From assembly GCA_963796965.1 (NCBI GenBank), contig CAWCNS010000003.1:21374-85373 (forward strand): a stretch of DNA of 64,000 nucleotides, read 5' to 3'. Below are positions 1 to 9,033 of this stretch, in pieces. Under the pieces are notes generated by a model that saw only the letters and a program-made list of their open reading frames with translations, did no database searches and was not told the origin of the DNA. The DNA comes from Calditrichia bacterium (GTDB taxonomy: Bacteria > Calditrichota > Calditrichia > JAJRVZ01). Each line of letters begins with the position of its first letter. The stretch's first letter is position 1. Made by a program: the position numbers and the translations under genes.

Positions 1-1134
1 CCGTTACCGTATTACTCACGATTGGCCTGATTATGGTCTTTAGTGCCAGCGCAGTTATGGCACAGGAGAAGTATGGCTCTTTACTATATTACTCTCAGAA
101 ACAAATACTATGGGGGTTTTTGTGCATATTTATAATCTTTATCTTTTCAAGAATAAATTATACCGTTTATACAAAGAGAAATTTACCATTATTTGGCGTT
201 CTCACCTCAATATTCCTATTACTTGGATTGTATTTATGGGGTGATATTGTAAATGGAGCCCGTCGCTGGTATAGCCTTGGGTTTGTCAGACTTTCAGCCA
301 TCTGAGCTGGCTAAAATTGCTCTGATCATCTACTTTGCAAATATTTTTTCCAGAAAAGGAGAAATATTACGGAACTGGAAGAAGGGGCTGTTGCCTCATG
401 TGCTGATTTTTATGACGGTGGTGACTCCAATTCTTTTCCAACCGGACCTCGGAACAGTTGTAATGATTAGTTTGATCATTTCTGTCATGGCTTTACTTAG
501 TAATATACGTTTTAAACATGTTCTGGCAGGTATCACCTTAGTTTTACCAGCCGTGATATTAAAGGTTCAAACAAGTGGATACCAGCTAACACGAATTAAA
601 AATTGGTGGGATAATTTTTCTAATCCCCTTGGATCGGGGCATCAGATAAAACAATCGTTAATTGGACTTGGAAAAGGTGGAATAATTGGTACCGGGCTGG
701 GAGGTAGCAAACAAAAATTTTATTTTTTACCGGATTCTCATACGGATTTCGTTTTTTCGATTCTTGGTGAAGAAGCCGGATTTATAGGGACAACTTTTGT
801 GCTTCTTTGTTTTTTAGTGATTCTATGGCGAGGGATCAGCATTTCTAAACGAGCGCCCAACACATTCACACAATATTTCACTATTGGTCTTACTATGAAT
901 TTGGTATTATATGCTTTTATAAATGTTGCCGTGGTCACAATGCTTCTTCCTACAACTGGATTACCAATGCCTTTTTTAAGCTATGGTGGCTCCTCACTTG
1001 TGAGTGTTGGCTTGACGATTGGAATATTGATAAATATATCCAGACATGCAAATCATCCTGATTTGGATGGAAGGTTAGAAAACTTTAAGGATGATAGACG
1101 AAAATTTTATAACACCCTGGTTGGAACACGATAA
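1..1134 (-). other. Strand note: no minus-strand gene supported here; the ftsW call on the + strand explains this region
   Basis: Only a short antisense ORF (738..938) overlaps ftsW on the minus strand. Confidence 0.1.
3..1134 (+). CDS. ftsW: SEDS-family peptidoglycan glycosyltransferase FtsW; 5'-partial, split by a probable one-base insertion near 288
   Basis: ORF 33..305 ends NGARRWYSLGFV and ORF 253..1134 continues DFQPSELAK...QPDLGT...LPDSHTDFVFSILGEE...LPTTGLPMPFLSYGGSS. Removing A288 joins them. Lies directly upstream of murG. Confidence 0.93.
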
Positions 1135-1136
1135 AG

Positions 1137-2255
1137 ATGAGGAGGGATATCAGAATTATATTTGCTGGAGGCGGCACGGGCGGACATGTATTTCCTGCCA
1201 TATATATGGCGGAGTATTTGCATAAACACTGGGGTGCATCTTGTCAATTTATAGGCACCAAAAACGGATTTGAGAATCGAAAAGTTCCTCAATCAGGCTT
1301 TTTGATTCGTCATATCTGGATTAGTGGATTCCGGCGAGGATTTTATCTGAGCAACCTCCTGTTTCCATTAAAATTGATTGTCAGCCTTTTTCAAAGTAAA
1401 AAAATATTAAAACAGGTACAGCCACACCTGGTGATCGGTACAGGCGGATATGTTGCCGGTCCAATTTTGCGTCAGGCTGTTAAAATGGGAATTCCGACAG
1501 CAATTCAGGAGCAAAACAGTTATCCCGGAGTGACGACACGCATACTTGCCTCAAAAGTTGACTGTGTCTTTCTTGCTTACGAAGATTCCCTGAAATATCT
1601 GAAAAGCCTGAAAAAATATATTCTAACCGGAAATCCGATCAAGGAAGAACTAATAATCGATGATTTAATTAAGGCAAGAAAATTTTTTGGATTAAAAGAA
1701 AAACTGCCCATAATCCTTGTATTTGGTGGTAGTCAGGGCGCCCGAAATCTGAATGTAGCCATTGATACTATACTGGAGAAGAAAATTCTAAATGATGTAC
1801 AAATTATTTGGCAGACGGGTAGGGTCGATTTTGAAAAATATCAAAAAAAATATGCCGATTTTAAAGATTTAACACTATGTATTCTACCCTTTATCGACCA
1901 GATGAATTTCGCTTACTCGATCAGTTATTTCGCTGTTACAAGGGCAGGTGCGATGACTATATCTGAACTAGCCGCGGCAAAATTGCCGGCAATACTTGTT
2001 CCATATCCTTTCGCAGCAGCTGATCATCAAAAAAAGAACGCACAGTCTATTGCAACAGCTGGAGGAGCAGTGATGATTGAAGATAATTCTGACCTGGCAA
2101 AGGATTTAGTTGATTCAATTATGACTTTATTAGCCTCACCAGAAAAGGTCACTATGATGGGAAACCATATCCATAAGTTTCATAAGGCAGATACTATGGC
2201 CCTGATAACAAAAGAATTAAGCAAGTTGGTAGAAAGCAATCCGAATAACGCTTAA
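1137..2255 (+). CDS. murG: Undecaprenyl-PP-MurNAc-pentapeptide GlcNAc transferase MurG
   Basis: GGGTGGHVFPA, GTGGYV, QEQNSYPG, FGGSQGA, RAGAMTISE and DHQKKNA motifs; dcw context. Confidence 0.97.
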   Translation: MRRDIRIIFAGGGTGGHVFPAIYMAEYLHKHWGASCQFIGTKNGFENRKVPQSGFLIRHIWISGFRRGFYLSNLLFPLKLIVSLFQSKKILKQVQPHLVIGTGGYVAGPILRQAVKMGIPTAIQEQNSYPGVTTRILASKVDCVFLAYEDSLKYLKSLKKYILTGNPIKEELIIDDLIKARKFFGLKEKLPIILVFGGSQGARNLNVAIDTILEKKILNDVQIIWQTGRVDFEKYQKKYADFKDLTLCILPFIDQMNFAYSISYFAVTRAGAMTISELAAAKLPAILVPYPFAAADHQKKNAQSIATAGGAVMIEDNSDLAKDLVDSIMTLLASPEKVTMMGNHIHKFHKADTMALITKELSKLVESNPNNA

Positions 2256-2281
2256 GAATTGTATGGCATTAGAATAATAAT

Positions 2282-3676
2282 ATGACAGATATACTTAAAA
2301 ATGCAAATCACATTTACTTTACAGGTATCGGTGGCATAGGCATGAGCGGCATCGCTGAAATACTTTTAGAACGCGGTTATCGTGTTTCCGGATCAGACCG
2401 TCAGTTAAGTGATATCACCGCCTATTTGCAATCAAATGGCGCCATTATTTATCAAGGGCATCAGGCAGATAATCTGGCGGATGTTGATGTTCTGGTTTAT
2501 TCATCAGCCATCCCTGATATTAATCCGGAAAGGCAGGAGGCCAAGCGGCGTCAAATCCCAGAGATACGCCGGGCGGAAATGCTTGCTTCAATCATGTGCA
2601 ATTATTTCAACATCGCTATTGCCGGGACTCATGGAAAAACCACAACCACAGCTCTATGCTCACACATTATAATCGAATCCGGTCTCGATCCAACCGTCGT
2701 TATTGGGGGACGGTTAAAAAATCTAAAAACCAATGCCCGACTTGGAAAAGGAAATATTTTCATAACTGAAGCAGATGAATATGACCGGAGTTTTCTGTCT
2801 CTATCTCCTGATATTTCTGTGATTACAACCATAGAAGAGGATCATCTGGATATTTATAAAGATATGTCTGATATAAGACTCACATTCAAGACATTTGCTG
2901 GTTTGGGGTCACCTGAGGGCAAAGTTATCTGCTGTATTGATGATCCGGAAGTACGAAATTTGTCAACTCAGATTGACAAAGAAGTGATCACATATGGATT
3001 TTCCGATGATGCCATGTATCAGGTAACTAATCCGACCTTTTCTGAAAGTGGTTCTAATTTTGAAATTCACAAGAATCAACAATTTCAGTCAAATATAACC
3101 TTACATATTCCAGGACGTCACAATATCCTCAACGCCCTGGCAAGTTATGTGGTTGCCCAACAATTGGGCGCTAAAATTAATTTGATTGAAGAAGCATTAA
3201 AAAGCTTCGCCGGAGTCGATCGTCGTTTTGAAATAAAAGGAACTGTAAATGACATAACCGTGGTAGATGACTATGCTCATCATCCGACTGAAGTTGCCGC
3301 GACAATTGAAAGTGCTAAATCAGGATGGGATAGACGTTTAGTTGTCGTATTTCAACCTCATCTGTTTTCGAGAACCCGTGATTTTTATAAAGAATTTGCT
3401 TTTGCGTTATCCAAAGCCGATGAAATCATACTATCTGATATCTATCCGGCCAGGGAAGAACCAATTCCTGGAGTGAGTAGTGAGATGATAGTGACCGAAG
3501 CCATTGATAAGGCCTATAAAAATTTTATTTATATGCCCAGGCCTCGGGATATCGAAGAATATTTATATGAGCATCTAATACCAGGTGATTTAGTTATAAC
3601 CATGGGCGCTGGGGATATCTGGCTCTGTGGTGAAAGTTTGTTAAAAAGACTGAAGGCAAAAACAGTTGAAAACTAA
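2282..3676 (+). CDS. murC: UDP-N-acetylmuramate--L-alanine ligase
   Basis: GIGGIGMSGIA, AGTHGKTTTT, EADEYDRSF, DDYAHHPTE, FQPHLFSRT and MGAGDI motifs. Confidence 0.97.
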   Translation: MTDILKNANHIYFTGIGGIGMSGIAEILLERGYRVSGSDRQLSDITAYLQSNGAIIYQGHQADNLADVDVLVYSSAIPDINPERQEAKRRQIPEIRRAEMLASIMCNYFNIAIAGTHGKTTTTALCSHIIIESGLDPTVVIGGRLKNLKTNARLGKGNIFITEADEYDRSFLSLSPDISVITTIEEDHLDIYKDMSDIRLTFKTFAGLGSPEGKVICCIDDPEVRNLSTQIDKEVITYGFSDDAMYQVTNPTFSESGSNFEIHKNQQFQSNITLHIPGRHNILNALASYVVAQQLGAKINLIEEALKSFAGVDRRFEIKGTVNDITVVDDYAHHPTEVAATIESAKSGWDRRLVVVFQPHLFSRTRDFYKEFAFALSKADEIILSDIYPAREEPIPGVSSEMIVTEAIDKAYKNFIYMPRPRDIEEYLYEHLIPGDLVITMGAGDIWLCGESLLKRLKAKTVEN

Positions 3677-4472
3677 AAAATATAAAATCCCAGACAAACC
3701 TAAGAGCAGGCGTAAGGAAAAGTTCTGGAATGGCTCAGGGAAGTTTTTTCTATTTCTGATCTTTAGTTATCTGATCTACTACGGCATTACCCAAATGTCA
3801 GATATTGCTGGTCAGCGAAAAGATCAGTTCAAGAAAACTGACATAGAAATTGTTGGAAATCGTCTGATTTCCTCATCAAAAATTCTGAATATATGTGGTT
3901 TTAACAATAAAACGGACGAGGCCATTGATATTAATATCGATTCGCTCGCCTCGCGCTTGATGACATTGAGATATTCAAAGGGTATTAGTATAACACGCAG
4001 ACCCCCTCGTCTGCTCAACATTACAATAGATGAATTTGAACCAGTTGCATTTATTTATGGTAAAGGATTGAACTTGATCGATGGTGATGGAACTCTTATT
4101 CCGGTTCCACATAGTGGTCTGCTTTGGGACCTGCCACTCATATCAGGTATTAATGAATCATTGGGGAAACTCGGGAAACAGACAACCGCCGCTGAAGCCT
4201 ATCTTGGCTTAGAGATTGTTCGCTGTATGGAAGATGAAAATCCTTTGCTTGCCGGATTGGTTTCTGAAATTAATTTGTCTGATAAAAAGTTTATTGAAAT
4301 TTTTCTTATAAAAGGTGGAACAAAAATCAGAGTAAATAGGGAATCCTTTTATAAAGAACTCTATGTATTAAAAAACTACATCACTAATTACATGGATTGG
4401 AAGCAGATGGCTCAGATTGAATACATTGACCTTCGCTTTAAGAATCAATTGATCGTGAAACCAAGGGCTTAA
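3666..4472 (+). CDS. ftsQ: Cell division protein FtsQ/DivIB
   Basis: Basic N-terminus, one TM helix, POTRA-like IEIVGN segment, C-terminal YIDLRFKNQLIV; lies between murC and ftsA. Confidence 0.88.
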   Translation: MKTKKYKIPDKPKSRRKEKFWNGSGKFFLFLIFSYLIYYGITQMSDIAGQRKDQFKKTDIEIVGNRLISSSKILNICGFNNKTDEAIDINIDSLASRLMTLRYSKGISITRRPPRLLNITIDEFEPVAFIYGKGLNLIDGDGTLIPVPHSGLLWDLPLISGINESLGKLGKQTTAAEAYLGLEIVRCMEDENPLLAGLVSEINLSDKKFIEIFLIKGGTKIRVNRESFYKELYVLKNYITNYMDWKQMAQIEYIDLRFKNQLIVKPRA

Positions 4473-4521
4473 TGAATCAATCTCACAATATAGAGTACTA
4501 AAAGTTACAGGGAAAACCCAA

Positions 4522-5751
4522 ATGAGTGAAGAACGAATATTTGTCGGTCTTGATATCGGCACGACTAAGATTGCGGCCGTCGTAGCACGGTTGGATGAGT
4601 ATAACGCTTTAAATATTGCAGGCGTAGGAACCTCACCTTCTCATGGACTACGTCGTGGTGTTGTAATAAATATTGAACAAACCGTTCAATCAATTAAAAA
4701 AGCCCTGGAACAGGCACAGTTAATGTCTGGTTGTCATATTGAGAATATTTACGCCGGAATCGCTGGTGATCATATTCGCAGCATTAACAGCAAGGGTGTT
4801 ATTGCCGTGGGCAGTAAGGATAAGATAATCACACAAAATGACCTTGATCGCGTTGTTGATGCAGCAAAAGCAATCGCTCTTCCGATGGATAGAGAAATTA
4901 TCCACATTTTGCCACAAGAGTTTATAGTAGATGACCAGGATGGCATAAAGGATCCAATCGGTATGGCTGGTACACGACTGGAATGCGAGGTACATATTGT
5001 AACTGCATCTGCTGCTGCTGTCCAGAATATTGTTAATTGTGTTAAACAGTCTGGCTATTCGGTTGAAGAGATAGTTCTCGAACCTTATGCTTCTAGTCTC
5101 GCTGTTCTTAATCATGATGAACTGGACCTGGGTGTGGCAATTATGGATATCGGAGGAGGGACTTCTGATATTGCCGTCTTTCTTGATGGCAGCATTCGCT
5201 TCACATCGGTCTTAGGTCTTGGGGGTGAACATGTAACCAATGATCTCTCTCACGGGTTACGTACACCAATGGATCAGGCAGAGGAAATAAAGAAAAAATA
5301 TGGATGCGCTTTACAAAGTATGGTATCCCAAGATGAGCATGTTCTGGTTGAGGGAATTCATGGGAGAGCTGCCAGAGAAATCGCCAGAAGTGTTTTGAGC
5401 GCAATCATCGAGCCAAGAATGGAAGAGATGTTTACACTTGCTCTTCATGAACTGGAAAAATCTGATGTTTACGATTCATTAGCTGCAGGAATTGTACTTA
5501 CCGGGGGTGCATCTTTACTCCCTGGATCTGTAGAGTTAGCAGAACGCGTACTCGGTATTCCTGCCAAAATTGGTTCTCCCATTGTTTCGGGGGGGCTCGT
5601 AGAGACTGTTAAGAGTCCTATTTTTGCTACCAGTGTAGGATTAATTAAATATTCAGTGAACAGAAAACCCCAGGTAGGATCAAGTGGTAGCAGCGGAAAG
5701 ATAAAAAACTGGATTGATCAGATTAAGGAATATTTTGAGGATATTTTCTAG
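4522..5751 (+). CDS. ftsA: Cell division protein FtsA
   Basis: GLDIGTTKI, DIGGGTSD and GIVLTGGAS motifs; upstream of ftsZ. Confidence 0.97.
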   Translation: MSEERIFVGLDIGTTKIAAVVARLDEYNALNIAGVGTSPSHGLRRGVVINIEQTVQSIKKALEQAQLMSGCHIENIYAGIAGDHIRSINSKGVIAVGSKDKIITQNDLDRVVDAAKAIALPMDREIIHILPQEFIVDDQDGIKDPIGMAGTRLECEVHIVTASAAAVQNIVNCVKQSGYSVEEIVLEPYASSLAVLNHDELDLGVAIMDIGGGTSDIAVFLDGSIRFTSVLGLGGEHVTNDLSHGLRTPMDQAEEIKKKYGCALQSMVSQDEHVLVEGIHGRAAREIARSVLSAIIEPRMEEMFTLALHELEKSDVYDSLAAGIVLTGGASLLPGSVELAERVLGIPAKIGSPIVSGGLVETVKSPIFATSVGLIKYSVNRKPQVGSSGSSGKIKNWIDQIKEYFEDIF

Positions 5752-5820
5752 TCTGTTTAATTACTCAATATTATTTCCTGAGAAAAAAATAGAAAATAAT
5801 TTTATAGAAATGAATTAAGA

Positions 5821-7038
5821 ATGAGGGAGAAAGAAATGATTCAATTTGACAATCTGGCTGAACAAAGTGCCAAGATTAAGGTAGTCGGAATCGGAGGCGC
5901 TGGTGGTAACGCATTAAATGGAATGATTGAGGCAGGTCTGAGTGGAGTAGAATTTATATCTGTCAACACGGATGCTCAGAATCTGGAAAATAACCGCGCT
6001 CCTTCCCGGATACAAATTGGTAAGAATCTGACAAAAGGTCTGGGGGCAGGAGCGAATCCGGAAGTAGGGCTAAGAGCAGCGGAAGAGGACAAGGAAGCTA
6101 TAATTAATTCGCTTAGTGGCGCGGACATGGTCTTTGTTACCTGTGGTATGGGGGGAGGGACCGGAACAGGGGCTGCCCCAGTCATCGCCGAAATAGCCAA
6201 AGATCTTGGTGCCCTAACAGTCGGTATCGTTACTAAACCATTCTCTTTCGAGGGAGCAACACGTTTAACTAATGCAGATAAAGGTATCGAGGAAATGCGT
6301 AAGTGCATTGATACTCTTATTGTGATACCAAATGATCGTGTTTTCTCTCTTATAGATCGTAATACACCGGCAATTTCTGCATTTAAGGTTATTGATTCTA
6401 TTCTACTCGAAGCAACCCGAAGCATTTCAGACCTTATCAATACACATGGATACATAAATCTAGATTTTGCTGATATCAGAACAGTAATGATGGGTATGGG
6501 TGATGCTTTGATGGGAACAGGTATGTCGACTGGTGAGGGACGCGCAACAGCTGCAGCTGAAGAAGCTATTTCTTCACCGCTACTCGATGGTGTCAGTATC
6601 GGCGGCGCCCTCGGTGTGTTAATCAATATAACAGGTGGTTCCAACCTAACATTATGGGAAGTAAATGATGCTGCTACAATTATACAAGAGGCAGCCGGGG
6701 AGAATGTAAATGTGATATTCGGGATGGTAGTGGACGAAGCACTCTCAGAAGAGTTACGTGTAACTGTCATTGCTACCGGATTTAACAGACAGGCTGAAAT
6801 TCATACGAAACTGGAGGCTCCCAAATCAATACCTAAAAGTTATGAACCCATGGACTTTGCTGAGTTGGATAAGCCCGCCTTTATCCGTAAACAAAATGAA
6901 GAGGTGCAATCAGCAAAGGAAATTCCTTCTGTTGCCAAACCGCAGAAAACTAGTGTATATCAGTTTGGAGATGATGACCTACCTGATGCCCCAAATGAGC
7001 TGGATACGCCAACTTTCCTGCGTAAACAAATGGATTAA
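5821..7038 (+). CDS. ftsZ: Cell division protein FtsZ (true start possibly ATG at 5836)
   Basis: GIGGAGGNA, GMGGGTGTGAAP, INLDFAD; C-terminal peptide LDTPTFLRKQMD. Confidence 0.98.
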   Translation: MREKEMIQFDNLAEQSAKIKVVGIGGAGGNALNGMIEAGLSGVEFISVNTDAQNLENNRAPSRIQIGKNLTKGLGAGANPEVGLRAAEEDKEAIINSLSGADMVFVTCGMGGGTGTGAAPVIAEIAKDLGALTVGIVTKPFSFEGATRLTNADKGIEEMRKCIDTLIVIPNDRVFSLIDRNTPAISAFKVIDSILLEATRSISDLINTHGYINLDFADIRTVMMGMGDALMGTGMSTGEGRATAAAEEAISSPLLDGVSIGGALGVLINITGGSNLTLWEVNDAATIIQEAAGENVNVIFGMVVDEALSEELRVTVIATGFNRQAEIHTKLEAPKSIPKSYEPMDFAELDKPAFIRKQNEEVQSAKEIPSVAKPQKTSVYQFGDDDLPDAPNELDTPTFLRKQMD

Positions 7039-7081
7039 TGTAAAGGGACGATTGATCGCCTCTCTGCATATCATGTAATAT

Positions 7082-7125
7082 AAAAAAAAAGGTTACCGGT
7101 CTCATTTACCGGCAGCCTTTTTTTT
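7082..7125. terminator. Bidirectional intrinsic terminator between convergent ftsZ and recJ
   Basis: A9-GGTTACCGGT-ctcattt-ACCGGCAGCC-T8: near-perfect stem flanked by A and T tracts. Confidence 0.85.
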
Positions 7126-7203
7126 ATCTCTTTACTTTAAGTTAATAAATCAGATTCTGGCAAAGTCCTGTGTTTATGAATTGATTAAATTGACTATATT
7201 CTT

Positions 7204-8889
7204 CTAATTCTCAAGCGCCGGGCGCATATCTTCAATCACTAACTGAAGATTTTGTTTCCCATTCCATAGATTTATTGATGGTTTAAATACAATGTCAACC
7301 CTCTGGTTAAATGTAATTGCATTCTTTAAATCACCTCTACGCCACCAGACACACTCAAAATCCCGATTTCCAATTTGCACGACTATTTTTATATGCTTTC
7401 CCTGACTTAAAGAGAACATATCCTTAATTCGAGCCTTTTTCAACAGGAGCAATGGTTCAGGATTTTTTTCTCCAAAAGGCCCAATCTCAGAAATTAATTG
7501 AACCAGAGAGTTATTTAACTGCTCAGATTGAATTATAGAGTCTATAATCAATTTGGAGCGTAATGGCTGGTCGGTTAGTGAGGTACTTGCAAACTTAGTA
7601 AATAATTCAATAAATTTATCCATATTTTCTTCTGTAATTGTTAGACCGGCGGCTTTATGATGACCACCATAAGTAACATACAACTCACTAAATCGGCTTA
7701 ATGCCTCCGTCATGTGGAAACTATCCGTACTGCGGCCGGAACCAACATAGTTACCATCATTATCCTTAGAAAAAGCAATCACAGGTCGGTTATACAAGTC
7801 TTTTAATCGCCCGGAGACAATCCCAATTAACCCGGTATCCCAATTATCAGATTTGACAATGTAGGCTGAATGATCCAGTATCCCTGTCTCCTCGACAAGT
7901 GCAATTGCCTGTTGTATATATTCTTCCTGAAGTTTTTGTCTCTCTTTGTTCAATGAATTTAGACGATTTGCAATTTCTGCAGCTTCTTCTCTTGTTTCAC
8001 TGAGTAATAATTTGGTAGCAATTTCTGCATTTCGGAGACGACCTGCTACATTGAGGCGGGGAGCCATATAAAACCCAACAGAAGTGGTTGTAACTTCTTT
8101 CCCAATCAGGCCGGCAACACGCTTTAACTCCACAATTCCCGGACGAAGTGTTTGATTTAAGCTCTTTAGACCCAATTTTACCAGATAGTAGTTTTCATCT
8201 TTCAAAGGTACAACATCAGCAATAGTAGCCAATGCTACTAAATCTAAATGCATGAGCATAAAATGTTTAAAGTCATCTTCAGTAAAAAGAGAAGGCCCGA
8301 TTGCATGAAAGAATTTATAAACAACCCCTGCTCCACAAAGTCCTTTAAATGGATACAAGCAATTTTTTCTATTGGGATTCACCACAGCGTGGGCGTTTGG
8401 TAGTTCGCCTTCCTGAATATGATGATCAAAGATGATAACATCTATTCCCGCTCGATTGGCCAAATTAACCGCTTCTACAGAAGTAATACCGTTATCAACG
8501 GTAATCAATAAATCAGTTTTAAGTTCCCTTGCCTTGTCAATGCCTCTCGCTTTAAGACCATAGCCATCCTCCTGACGATTAGGTAATATGTAATGCACCG
8601 GAACATTTAATTTGTTAAAAAATTTTACCATTAAGGTTGTGGAAACTACGCCATCCACATCATAATCACCAAATATTGTTATAGATTCCTTTTCTTTTAT
8701 TGCTTCTTGAATTCGTTTAATCGCCTTATCCATATCTCTTAACAGGAAAGGATCATGTAATTTATCAGACAACTTAAACTCTTCAAGTTGATCTCTGGAG
8801 AGCCCCCTGTTTTTTAAGAGAACATCAATAATTGGTGTATTTGGATCTGCGTTTAAAATTTCCCAGTCTGTAAGTGGGAGTATACTCAT
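7204..8889 (-). CDS. recJ: Single-stranded DNA 5'-3' exonuclease RecJ
   Basis: FGDYDVDG, ITVDNG, DHH, LATIADVVPL, PRLNVAGR, GSGRS, GGHHKAAG and GPFGEKNPEP motifs. Confidence 0.96.
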   Translation of the reverse strand: MSILPLTDWEILNADPNTPIIDVLLKNRGLSRDQLEEFKLSDKLHDPFLLRDMDKAIKRIQEAIKEKESITIFGDYDVDGVVSTTLMVKFFNKLNVPVHYILPNRQEDGYGLKARGIDKARELKTDLLITVDNGITSVEAVNLANRAGIDVIIFDHHIQEGELPNAHAVVNPNRKNCLYPFKGLCGAGVVYKFFHAIGPSLFTEDDFKHFMLMHLDLVALATIADVVPLKDENYYLVKLGLKSLNQTLRPGIVELKRVAGLIGKEVTTTSVGFYMAPRLNVAGRLRNAEIATKLLLSETREEAAEIANRLNSLNKERQKLQEEYIQQAIALVEETGILDHSAYIVKSDNWDTGLIGIVSGRLKDLYNRPVIAFSKDNDGNYVGSGRSTDSFHMTEALSRFSELYVTYGGHHKAAGLTITEENMDKFIELFTKFASTSLTDQPLRSKLIIDSIIQSEQLNNSLVQLISEIGPFGEKNPEPLLLLKKARIKDMFSLSQGKHIKIVVQIGNRDFECVWWRRGDLKNAITFNQRVDIVFKPSINLWNGKQNLQLVIEDMRPALEN

Positions 8890-9033
8890 ATGTTTTAAAA
8901 CCTTTCTTTATGCAAGAGAATAATCCCGATATATTGGTCAGATCTCAAGACTTTATTTGGTAAGCCTGTTTATTAGGATATATAATTTTGATTAAGGAAC
9001 ATTGTTATCCAAAGGTTATCAAGGTAGTCAAAC

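Noticed and set aside
280..305. ftsW pseudogene or programmed frameshift
   Set aside because: Normally essential gene, no slippery sequence, and similar single-base errors occur throughout the window.
5976..6770. 264-aa minus-strand ORF
   Set aside because: Antisense shadow of ftsZ with no independent motifs.
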